Source: Bacteroidales bacterium
Lineage (GTDB): Bacteria; Bacteroidota; Bacteroidia; Bacteroidales; Azobacteroidaceae
NCBI GenBank assembly: GCA_031548005.1
Contig: JAVBRK010000021.1
Span: 9,442-73,441 of the forward strand
Length of the DNA: 64,000 bases
Direction: 5' to 3'
The notes beneath the pieces were generated by a model. The model did not search any database. It saw only the letters and a program-made list of their open reading frames with translations, and was not told the DNA's origin. Every line of letters starts with the position of its first letter. Within the stretch, counting starts at the first letter, position 1. A program made the translations under genes and the position numbers. Below, piece after piece: positions 38,678 through 47,400 of this stretch.

Positions 38678-39928
38678 TTATTTAATGATCAATTCCTGAA
38701 TATCTCCGTAGTTCTCATAACTGTTCACTACCACTTTGTCGCCTGGTTCCAGTCCTTCCATAACTTCGTAATAATCAGGATTCTGACGTCCGATCCGGAT
38801 GGAGGCTTTGTATGCTTTATCTCCGCTCTTATTCACCTTAAAGATCCAGTTTCCTCCGGTCTGCTGAAAAAATCCTCCACGCGGGATAATGATAGCTTCA
38901 GTTTCGTCGCTCAGCGCAATCCGAATCTGTAAAGTTTGTCCTCTGCGGATATTTTCAGGAGCTTTTCCCTGAAACACCATATCGACAGCAAAGCGTCCAC
39001 TGGTAACCTGGGTATATACTTTCTTAATTATCAAGGTATAAGTACTGTCTCCTTGCTTATATTGCCCTTCCAATCCGGCATAAATCCGGGAAATATAGTG
39101 TTCGTCGACATCTACTCTCACCTTGAATCCACTCAGCACATCAATTTGTCCGATCCGCTCACCCTTGTTTTTACTTTGTCCGATTTCAGCATCCAAAGAA
39201 GTTAATTGTCCATCAACCGGAGCGCAAACCGTCAGGTCGGAAAACTTGCGTCTCATGAGTTCAAGGCCGTTCTTAGCTCCTTTATATGATTGCTCGGCTT
39301 GCGTCAGTTGCTGGGAGGAGGCCAAAGAATCCTGCCCCAGGATTTCGTCCATCAATTTTTTCTTTTGCAGTAAATAATTGTAATTATTTTCAGATTCCTT
39401 GAATTCCTGCTGAGCAATTGTACTGGCGGTCAGCAGCCGTTTGTTCATATCATAAACCCGCTTCGCTTCAATGAGCTGGCTTTCCACATCGACCGACTGC
39501 GTTAGTTTGGAGATTGTATTTTGACGCGCCCCATTCTGGGCAATCTGCATTTGCGCCAACAAGTTATATACAGAGGTTTCCTGGGTCGTCAGGCTCAGTT
39601 CAAGATCAGTATTGCTCAATCTGAGGATCGGCTGTCCCTTTTTCATCACCGCCCCATCTTCCACAAAAATCTCTTCCACGCGCCCCCCCTCCTGTAAATC
39701 CAGGTATATCGTAGAAACAGGTTGAATAGTGCCGGTTACCGGGATAAACTCGCGGAAGCTGGCTCGTTTCACTTCAGCAATCGTCATCCGTTCACTTTCC
39801 ACATTTAACCTGGATTTACCAAAGGTAGAAAAAAATATGATCGCTAACAATATCACTCCGGAAGCAATTCCAGTCATCAAGGCTATTTTTTTCGGAGTCC
39901 ATTTCTTTTTTTCAATGATTCTGTCCAT
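38678..39928 (-). CDS. Efflux periplasmic adaptor (HlyD/MacA-type membrane-fusion protein)
   Basis: N-terminal TM helix; lipoyl-like halves EGGRVEEIFVEDG..KGQPIL and APVDG around a helical hairpin; ends GLEPGDKVV. Confidence 0.93.
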   Translation of the reverse strand: MDRIIEKKKWTPKKIALMTGIASGVILLAIIFFSTFGKSRLNVESERMTIAEVKRASFREFIPVTGTIQPVSTIYLDLQEGGRVEEIFVEDGAVMKKGQPILRLSNTDLELSLTTQETSVYNLLAQMQIAQNGARQNTISKLTQSVDVESQLIEAKRVYDMNKRLLTASTIAQQEFKESENNYNYLLQKKKLMDEILGQDSLASSQQLTQAEQSYKGAKNGLELMRRKFSDLTVCAPVDGQLTSLDAEIGQSKNKGERIGQIDVLSGFKVRVDVDEHYISRIYAGLEGQYKQGDSTYTLIIKKVYTQVTSGRFAVDMVFQGKAPENIRRGQTLQIRIALSDETEAIIIPRGGFFQQTGGNWIFKVNKSGDKAYKASIRIGRQNPDYYEVMEGLEPGDKVVVNSYENYGDIQELIIK

Positions 39929-39955
39929 AATTTTCCAATTGTTTTACTTATTAAA

Positions 39956-39971
39956 GACAAGTTGCATGCCA
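39956..39971 (-). promoter_or_regulatory. Putative sigma-54 (-24/-12) promoter of the permease-array operon
   Basis: Minus strand TGGCAT-GCAAC-TTGT versus consensus TGGCAC-N5-TTGC, about 28 nt before the MFP start. Confidence 0.65.
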
Positions 39972-40025
39972 TCGGATTAACTATATAAAACACAGACATA
40001 TACATTTTTCATTCATTTTCAAAAC

Positions 40026-40062
40026 TGTTCGGTATCGAACACTTATTGATCGGTTTTGAATA
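40026..40062. promoter_or_regulatory. Paired enhancer (UAS) sites for a sigma-54 activator
   Basis: Perfect palindrome TGTTCG-GTAT-CGAACA (40026-40041) and a degenerate copy TGATCG-GTTT-TGAATA (40047-40062), 21 bp apart (TGT-N10-ACA type). Confidence 0.7.
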
Positions 40063-40139
40063 AAATGCAATTGTTCCATATCGTATAACCATTCCAAACT
40101 ATCAATTTCTTCAATTATTTTTAAATATTTTCACAGATC

Positions 40140-40154
40140 TGGCATAAAATTTGT
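40140..40154 (+). promoter_or_regulatory. Putative sigma-54 promoter of the OmpA-domain gene
   Basis: TGGCAT-AAAAT-TTGT, same form as the divergent site at 39971-39957. Confidence 0.55.
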
Positions 40155-40223
40155 TTTGATCTGTTAAAATTTCACATTCAACATTCACCGGATATACTCA
40201 AACTTTATTATAAAATTTTAAAA

Positions 40224-41348
40224 ATGATCATTATGAGAATGAAATTTGTCACAGCAATCTCACTTTTCTTACTCGTCGGTACAGCAAGTGCACAAAAAAC
40301 ATTAATAGAACTCCCCGATAAGCCGGAACCAGGGAAATGTTATGTAAAATGTGTCACTCCAGACGTTTATGAATACAAAGATGTGCAGGTCATGATAAAG
40401 CCTGCATATAAGAAACTGGAAACAGTTCCGGCTGAGTACAAAACCGTTGAAGAAAAAATTCTGGTTAAACCGGCATCTAAAAGGTTAGTTCCTCATCCGG
40501 CGCAATTTGAGACTTATACCGAAGAAATGCAAACGGAAGACCCACGCAACGAATTATCCGTTGTTCCGGCAACGTTCAAAGATGCAAAAGAAACAATCGA
40601 AACCAACCCTAAAGTAGGACGCTGGGAATATCGTCCGGTTGCCGACTGCGTTTCAAAAAATCCGGGCGACTGCCAAATGCTTTGCTGGGTAGAACACGAT
40701 GCCCAATATATGGATGTTCCTAAAAAATTATTGGATTCGCCTGCTCGTACCAATACTAAAAAGGTTGGTGGAAAGTCGACTAAAATTACCAAACAACGTC
40801 TTGTAAAAGACGCTTGGGTAGAGGAAATCGCTGTTCCTGCAGAATACAAAACCATTGCAAAAAGAGTATTGGTTAAAGACGAAACTACCCGCGAAGTTGA
40901 AGTTCCTGCAGCTTATACAACACAAAAAGTACAAATACTGAAAGCAGCCGGAGGAGTTACTGTATGGGAGGAAGTAGACTGTAAACTGACAGAAGCCAAC
41001 ATCCTTCCTATTTTCTACGAACTGAACAGTGCACGTCTGACTCCCGAATCCAAACGTATCATCGACGAAAAATTGTATACGTTGATGACCAAACAGCCTA
41101 ACATCAAGATTGAACTGTCATCTCATACAGACAGCCGCGGAAGCGCTGAAGACAATATGGATCTTTCTGAACGCAGAGCTCAATCGGTAGTTGATTATCT
41201 GATCAACAAAGGAATCAACCCAAGCCGTCTGGTTGCACGCGGATTTGGAGAAACCCGTCTGGTTAACAACTGTGCTGATGGTGTTCCTTGTACTGAAGAA
41301 CAACATCAACAAAACCGCAGAACTGAATTCCGAGTTTTGAACTATTGA
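40224..41348 (+). CDS. Secreted OmpA-C (peptidoglycan-binding) protein with a 23-aa-repeat stalk and Cys motifs; no beta-barrel
   Basis: Signal peptide (ASA/Q); repeats of VPAEYKT type; C-terminal IELSSHTDSRG..NMDLSERRAQSV..GFGE..NRRTEF. Confidence 0.9.
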   Translation: MIIMRMKFVTAISLFLLVGTASAQKTLIELPDKPEPGKCYVKCVTPDVYEYKDVQVMIKPAYKKLETVPAEYKTVEEKILVKPASKRLVPHPAQFETYTEEMQTEDPRNELSVVPATFKDAKETIETNPKVGRWEYRPVADCVSKNPGDCQMLCWVEHDAQYMDVPKKLLDSPARTNTKKVGGKSTKITKQRLVKDAWVEEIAVPAEYKTIAKRVLVKDETTREVEVPAAYTTQKVQILKAAGGVTVWEEVDCKLTEANILPIFYELNSARLTPESKRIIDEKLYTLMTKQPNIKIELSSHTDSRGSAEDNMDLSERRAQSVVDYLINKGINPSRLVARGFGETRLVNNCADGVPCTEEQHQQNRRTEFRVLNY

Positions 41349-41371
41349 TCAGCAATTCTTTGAAGAAAAAG

Positions 41372-41404
41372 AAAAGGCGCCTTGTTATTTGAGGCGCCTT
41401 TTTT
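41372..41404. terminator. Bidirectional intrinsic terminator
   Basis: AAAAGGCGCCT-N9-AGGCGCCTTTTTT between convergent genes. Confidence 0.9.
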
Positions 41405-41425
41405 ATTATGTCCGGGCATGTGGTA

Positions 41426-43576
41426 TCAGCGTCCTAACTCAAAAGCTAATTTGAACCCAAAAGCATCGTAACGTCCCTTTGTCAGACTAACAAAAGCTCC
41501 TGCATTAAATATAAAATTACCGATTCCATAGCCCAATTCGGTGTAGCAGGGTAATGCCGGAGCATAAAGCTGGCTCACGTAAAACCTTTCTTTAAAAATA
41601 TCTTTAGTCACATTTTTAAATAATTGTAGAAACATGAATGGGGACTCGTACATAATATGAGCCTGAACATACAAATCCGAAGCATTATACCAGTATGAGT
41701 CTAACAGTTGAAAAACACCGCCGATATGATCTTCCCAGGACTCGGGGAAATTACGCTTCCGGAATTTCTTGAAGTCGGCAAAATAAACCGACTTTGTATT
41801 GGTAAAAATCCCGGCTCCGGCATAATATTGAATGGATCGCAGAAGACCGAGCTGAATGCTTTGCTGAATATCGGCTTCTATACGTTCGTAATCGCTGTTG
41901 CTATCGAGAATTCCATTAATTCCCCGCGCATATTCAAAAGAGAACGTAGGACAATAAGATCCGACATATTCTTTCCTCTTGAGATTCATCCGGTAATACT
42001 GTCTATGAGTCCACTGGAATCCGATAGTGGGAGCAAATGATTTATACTTGGTATAAAGCAGATCCGAAATTTTCTCTTCCGAATAATCCTTGAAAGTAAA
42101 ATCACCCGATTTGACGGGATCGTATAAATGATATTCGACTCCAAGCCTGGAAATAAAGCCGTTAAACAATTCATATTGACCGTTTAAAGTTGAATAATAA
42201 TGCCTGTAATATTCCAGGTTAAGATCCTCAAAATCAATAGAGTCGGGAATCATACCATTAATTTCCTCTATGATCTTGGAATTAAATGACTGATTCGTGT
42301 TCGCCAATGAAAATTCCAATTGCCCGAACCGTCCCGGAGCAAAAAGATACCTCAGCGGGGTATTGAAAAAGATCTCTTTCTGCCGGAATACAAATCCGAT
42401 ATTGGGAGAAAAATTTACAGCCTGGCCGGAATTAAACTCACGATTGAGCCTCAGCTGTTGCCAGTAAGTGATTCCATTCGATCTTGAAAAAGCTAATTTA
42501 AATGGATTGAGTAGCCCGGAATACCGGAATTGAGTAGAATTATATTCAAAACGCCTGGATGTAAAAATTCCTTTGGCAAAATTCCAGTTCTTCGATTTTA
42601 CAATGGCTGTATCAATTAATTTACCGGAGCTTCTCTCATAAATCAAGCTTTCATCTTCAGTCAGTGGGATCGGCCTGTTTCGCACCCAGAAAAGAGAGTC
42701 CTTTATTACAGGGAGGGAATCGACCTTCACATCGAAGTAGTCACTCAGGTCGAATTTCCGGGATGATTCTTTTCGCTCAGCATCACTCTTGTAACGATTA
42801 ATAAAAGTATAGTTATAATGCGAATAATAGCGATTGACCACCTCGTTCCCAAGAAGTTTCATCCGGATATCAACCTCGGTTTCCAAAGGCACCAGAAAAT
42901 TTTCTTCCGGCAAACCGAAATTTGTCCTGACATGAAATCCCATAAAATCCCAATTCCCTTTTAAATCGATCCGGGCAATAGTCCAAAAATCTTTCAACAC
43001 ATAGATGTACCCTGAAACTAATTTCTGACTTTTTATCTGGGGTTCAACCCTGATTTTCAAAAAATGATGTCCCAAAGTGTCGAGCTCCGACTCAAAGAAA
43101 AAACGATAATATTTAAAACCGGCTTTGGTGGTGGGCATCAATACTTCATTATTGAAAGAAGTCGGATTGTAAACATTGATATTCAGAAATTGCATTGACT
43201 TTTGATAAAGATCGTCTTCATTCATGCTCGTACCATTAATCGCCAGAATTTTCTGAGTAAAATGATTGGGAGCATGGAAATGAATATTCGTGATTGTTTC
43301 AACAATCGTATTATCATTTTTTTTATCTAAGTAAAAAAAGTCGGGAGCAAAACGGAACAGGATATTCTTATCCAACACGCGTGTAGTTCCTTTAATATAA
43401 GCGTGCGCATTATACTCGACAATATAACTTTCATAGAGTCCGGAACGTTGAAAAACCTGATGCATCAGACTATCCGCATAAGCATCGCGAACATTCTCCT
43501 CTTCTGCATACAGCAACGGGAAAGAAGAGATCAACCCAACAATAAGAACAACCAATTTTTGCAGATAGTCTTCCAA
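41426..43576 (-). CDS. DUF5686-like outer-membrane protein
   Basis: TTG start, signal peptide, aromatic-rich amphipathic strands, FKYYRF..KIRVEP..SGYIYV and C-terminal YTELGYGIG. Confidence 0.7.
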   Translation of the reverse strand: MEDYLQKLVVLIVGLISSFPLLYAEEENVRDAYADSLMHQVFQRSGLYESYIVEYNAHAYIKGTTRVLDKNILFRFAPDFFYLDKKNDNTIVETITNIHFHAPNHFTQKILAINGTSMNEDDLYQKSMQFLNINVYNPTSFNNEVLMPTTKAGFKYYRFFFESELDTLGHHFLKIRVEPQIKSQKLVSGYIYVLKDFWTIARIDLKGNWDFMGFHVRTNFGLPEENFLVPLETEVDIRMKLLGNEVVNRYYSHYNYTFINRYKSDAERKESSRKFDLSDYFDVKVDSLPVIKDSLFWVRNRPIPLTEDESLIYERSSGKLIDTAIVKSKNWNFAKGIFTSRRFEYNSTQFRYSGLLNPFKLAFSRSNGITYWQQLRLNREFNSGQAVNFSPNIGFVFRQKEIFFNTPLRYLFAPGRFGQLEFSLANTNQSFNSKIIEEINGMIPDSIDFEDLNLEYYRHYYSTLNGQYELFNGFISRLGVEYHLYDPVKSGDFTFKDYSEEKISDLLYTKYKSFAPTIGFQWTHRQYYRMNLKRKEYVGSYCPTFSFEYARGINGILDSNSDYERIEADIQQSIQLGLLRSIQYYAGAGIFTNTKSVYFADFKKFRKRNFPESWEDHIGGVFQLLDSYWYNASDLYVQAHIMYESPFMFLQLFKNVTKDIFKERFYVSQLYAPALPCYTELGYGIGNFIFNAGAFVSLTKGRYDAFGFKLAFELGR

Positions 43577-43591
43577 TTGTCTTGAATTTAA

Positions 43592-45796
43592 TTAGTACCG
43601 GCTGACCTGTTTAACACCTTTCACTGTTTTTATCTTTTTAATCAAATGATCCATTGCATTGGTATTACTCAGCATAACCGTAATATTTCCCTGGAAAAGT
43701 CCGTCTGCCGAATCGATACTGATGGAACGGATCGACATTCCGCTTTCCTTGGAAATAACGGAAGTGATATTAGTCACGATTCCAATATCATCGCGTCCTA
43801 CCACCCGGAGCGTAACAGCATAATTAGACCCTGATTTACCGGACCAACGGGCTTTTACCACCCGGTATCCAAAGCGGCTAAGCATTGCCGGAGCGTTCGG
43901 GCAGGTCATCCGGTGAATCTTGATTCCCTGGGAAGACACAAATCCAAAAATATCATCTCCATAAATCGGGTTACAGCACTTAGCTAATTTATATTCCACT
44001 CCGGTCAGGTTCTGGTCGATTACCAGCACATCTTCTTTGGCAGTCATTTCTTCGGCGGGAATCGTAGCATGATAATTCTCAATACTGCGTTCCGAATGCT
44101 CCAGGACTTCCTTTTCCCGCTTTTCAAGATCAAGGTACTGGTCGATTACGGTATTGGCCTCTAACTTCTCATTTGCAATATCCGCATAAAAGTCAGTAAC
44201 ATTTTTATATCCTTTTTTCCTGATCAGGCGCATCATAACGGCCTCATCCTCTTCAATTTTCCTGTTTTTAAAGCGTCTATGAAGAAGCTCTTTGGCAAAC
44301 TCGGCTTGCTTGGCGGCCTGCTCTTTCAACGATTGCTTGATCTTGGTACGGGCTTTGGAAGTCACTGCAAAACTCAGCCAATCCCGCTTGGGCGTCTGAT
44401 TAGGAGACGTCTGAACATCTACCAGGTCTCCATTGGAAAGCTTATGCTTGATCGTCACATTTTTCCCATTGATCTTAGCAGATACACAGCGTGATCCCAA
44501 CTTGGTATGAATGGCAAAGGCAAAATCGAGAACAGTCGCATTTTTAGGTAACCGGAACAAATCCCCTTTCGGGGTAAAAGCAAATATTTCTTCGTCGTAC
44601 AGATCCAGTTTGAAATCCTGAATCAGATCAGAAGGAGGAGTATCTTTATTTTCCAGAACTTCCCGGACCGTATCCAGCCACTCGTCCAGACCACTTTCGC
44701 CTTTAACTCCTTTATATTTCCAATGTGCTGCCAGGCCACGCTCGGCAATTTCATCCATCCGCCGGGTTCGTATCTGAACTTCCACCCAGCAGCCTTGCGG
44801 GCCCATTACCGTGGTATGAAGCGACTCATAACCGTTACTTTTAGGAATCGACAGCCAGTCTTTCATCCTCTTGGGATTTGGCTGGTAAAGATCGGTTACT
44901 ACCGAATAAACCTGCCAGCATTCGGCTTTTTCCTTCTCCGGAGCTGTATCAAGTACAACACGGATAGCAAACAGGTCATAAATCGATTCAAAATCGATTC
45001 TCTGCTTCAATAACTTATTACTGATCGAATAAATCGACTTGGTACGGCCCTTAATATCGAACTTCAGACCGATATCCCGTAATCGCCTTTCCACAGGCTC
45101 GATAAATTCTTCAATATACTTATCACGCGAACGTTTGGTTTCGTTCAGTTTACGGGCAATAAAATCATACATTTCCCGATTCTGTATCTTCAGAGAAAGA
45201 TCCTCCAGTTCGGATTTTATTTGATATAATCCTAATTTGTGGGAAAGGGGTGCATAAAGGTAGGATGCCTCCGCTCCGATTTTAAGGCGATGCTCTTCAC
45301 TCCTGATCTCTTTCGACCTCCTCATCAGATAAAGCCGGTCGGCAATCATAATCAGAATCACCCGGACATCTTCGGCAAAAGAAATCAGCAATTTCCGGAA
45401 ATTTTCAGTTTCAATAGCGGCATTCCGGATGTATAATTCGTGAGTTTTAATCAATCCCCGGATAATTCCATCGACATCCGGGCCAAAAGTTCTCTCTACT
45501 TCGTCATGACTTAGCCGGTTCTCCATCACCGGATTAAAAAGCAATACGGCAATAATGGACGCCCGTTTCAATCCGATTTCTTCCGACACAATCAATGCCG
45601 TATCCAGGTTCCTCAGCCACAAATTAAAGCCGTACATATCCTGGAGCGAAGATCCTACTTCTACAGCACGATAAATACAGCGTTTCACGGCCACAACATC
45701 CGCCTTAGTAAGCGAGTCTCCGGCCGAACGCAATAACTTCCGGTACAAAGGAAGTAATTCCTGCTTTTCTTTTATTGAAAAAAAACTTCTTGTCAT
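43592..45796 (-). CDS. RelA/SpoT homolog ((p)ppGpp synthetase with TGS and ACT domains; HD motif degenerate)
   Basis: GRTKSIYSI, YDLFAIR, RMKDW..PKSNGYESLHT, EVQIRT, AAHWKYK, TGS DFAFAIHT and ZFD CCNP. Start moved to ATG 45796 to avoid overlap with the divergent gene. Confidence 0.93.
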   Translation of the reverse strand: MTRSFFSIKEKQELLPLYRKLLRSAGDSLTKADVVAVKRCIYRAVEVGSSLQDMYGFNLWLRNLDTALIVSEEIGLKRASIIAVLLFNPVMENRLSHDEVERTFGPDVDGIIRGLIKTHELYIRNAAIETENFRKLLISFAEDVRVILIMIADRLYLMRRSKEIRSEEHRLKIGAEASYLYAPLSHKLGLYQIKSELEDLSLKIQNREMYDFIARKLNETKRSRDKYIEEFIEPVERRLRDIGLKFDIKGRTKSIYSISNKLLKQRIDFESIYDLFAIRVVLDTAPEKEKAECWQVYSVVTDLYQPNPKRMKDWLSIPKSNGYESLHTTVMGPQGCWVEVQIRTRRMDEIAERGLAAHWKYKGVKGESGLDEWLDTVREVLENKDTPPSDLIQDFKLDLYDEEIFAFTPKGDLFRLPKNATVLDFAFAIHTKLGSRCVSAKINGKNVTIKHKLSNGDLVDVQTSPNQTPKRDWLSFAVTSKARTKIKQSLKEQAAKQAEFAKELLHRRFKNRKIEEDEAVMMRLIRKKGYKNVTDFYADIANEKLEANTVIDQYLDLEKREKEVLEHSERSIENYHATIPAEEMTAKEDVLVIDQNLTGVEYKLAKCCNPIYGDDIFGFVSSQGIKIHRMTCPNAPAMLSRFGYRVVKARWSGKSGSNYAVTLRVVGRDDIGIVTNITSVISKESGMSIRSISIDSADGLFQGNITVMLSNTNAMDHLIKKIKTVKGVKQVSRY

Positions 45797-45823
45797 TAGC
45801 GGTGTAAATTTACGAACAAATCG

Positions 45824-45854
45824 TTTGTTTTTAAAATAGTATTCTATAAATTTG
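45824..45854 (+). promoter_or_regulatory. Canonical Bacteroidota promoter for the DUF4301 gene
   Basis: TTTG-N19-TAAATTTG. Confidence 0.65.
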
Positions 45855-45882
45855 CCCAAAAGATAACTTTTATATATAAAAT

Positions 45883-47400
45883 ATGCTCCAGACTTCCGAT
45901 TCATCACTGTTAAGCAAGAAAGGGATCAGTATATCACAGATGGAAGAACAACTCGACTATTTCAGAAAAGGATTTCCTTATCTGACTATTGCCGCATCTG
46001 CTTCTATTCATAAAGGAATTATGAGAATCCCTGATCAGAATCAATCCGAATACCTGAACGAATGGGATAATTACCGGGAACAAAACAAGAATATCCTGAA
46101 GTTTGTTCCGGCTTCGGGGGCTGCCAGCCGAATGTTCAAAGACCTTTTTGAGTTTTTGGATGCTCCTTACAGTAAACCGGAAACTCCCTTTGAAAAAAAC
46201 TTCTTCAATAACATTTCCCGTTTTGCATTTTTCAAAACACTGGAGCAAGCTTGCCTTAAAAATGAAAGGAAAAATATTAAAACTCTGATTGAAGAGGAAA
46301 AATATAAACTAATCATAGAAAATCTGCTACAGGATAAAGGGCTGAACTACGGATTTTTACCCAAAGGGCTGATCGAGTTTCACAATTATCCCGAAGGCGC
46401 CCGTAAAGCTATCGAGGAGCATTTAGCCGAAGGCGCCATGTATGCAAGCAACAAAGCCGGGATGGTCAATCTTCATTTCACGGTATCTCCCGAGCATTCG
46501 GGTTTGTTCAGGGAGTTGATAAAAGAAAAGATCCCGGTGTATGAAAAACGTTTCGGTGTAAAATACAATATTGCTTTCAGCGAGCAAAAGCCATCTACAG
46601 ATACCATTGCCGCAGACGAGCAAAATCAACCTTTCCGTGAAAATGGACAATTGGTATTCCGCCCGGGAGGGCACGGAGCTCTGATTGAAAATCTGAACGA
46701 TATCCACGCCGATGTGGTATTTATTAAAAATATCGATAATGTAGTCCCCGATCATTTCAAATCGGCTACGGTGCAATATAAACGATTGATTGCCGGCGTA
46801 CTGGTGCATTTGCAGCACAAGATATTCCGGTTTCTACACCTGATCGAATCCGGCAAATACACCCACGACCAGTTGATGGAAATGTTGTATTTCCTCCAAA
46901 ATGATTTGTGTATCAAAAATCCGGAAACAAAAGTACTGGAAGACGGAGAATTGGTACTCTATATCAAATCCAAGCTGAACCGTCCGTTACGGGTATGCGG
47001 TATGGTTAAGAATGAGGGTGAGCCTGGTGGCGGACCTTTTTTGACTCTCAACCCGGATGGAACTATTTCCCTCCAGATTCTGGAAAGCTCACAGGTCGAC
47101 CTCACGGATCCGACCAAAAAAGAGTTATTCGATAAAGGAACTCATTTCAATCCGGTAGACCTGGTATGCGCCCTGTGTAATCATCATGGCGAAAAATACG
47201 ACCTGCCCCAATATGTCGATAAAAATACTGGATTCATCTCGAATAAATCGAAAAACGGCAAAACGCTGAAAGCGCTGGAATTACCCGGACTTTGGAATGG
47301 AGCTATGTCGGACTGGAACACGATATTCGTCGAAGTTCCGATCCAGACGTTCAATCCGGTTAAAACAATCAACGACCTGTTAAGGCCGGAACATCAATGA
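45883..47400 (+). CDS. DUF4301 family protein
   Basis: KFVPASGAASRMFK, FRPGGHGAL, IKNIDNV, GEPGGGPF and ELPGLWNGAM. Confidence 0.9.
   Translation: MLQTSDSSLLSKKGISISQMEEQLDYFRKGFPYLTIAASASIHKGIMRIPDQNQSEYLNEWDNYREQNKNILKFVPASGAASRMFKDLFEFLDAPYSKPETPFEKNFFNNISRFAFFKTLEQACLKNERKNIKTLIEEEKYKLIIENLLQDKGLNYGFLPKGLIEFHNYPEGARKAIEEHLAEGAMYASNKAGMVNLHFTVSPEHSGLFRELIKEKIPVYEKRFGVKYNIAFSEQKPSTDTIAADEQNQPFRENGQLVFRPGGHGALIENLNDIHADVVFIKNIDNVVPDHFKSATVQYKRLIAGVLVHLQHKIFRFLHLIESGKYTHDQLMEMLYFLQNDLCIKNPETKVLEDGELVLYIKSKLNRPLRVCGMVKNEGEPGGGPFLTLNPDGTISLQILESSQVDLTDPTKKELFDKGTHFNPVDLVCALCNHHGEKYDLPQYVDKNTGFISNKSKNGKTLKALELPGLWNGAMSDWNTIFVEVPIQTFNPVKTINDLLRPEHQ

Noticed and set aside
45797-45907. N-terminal extension of the RelA/SpoT ORF
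   Set aside because: It runs through the divergent promoter region and into the DUF4301 gene; ATG 45796 is more plausible.
47394-47400. 7-bp 3' overlap of the convergent DUF4301 and comM genes (and the 4-bp gap at 55301-55304)
   Set aside because: Common in compact genomes; nothing in the sequence points to antisense regulation.
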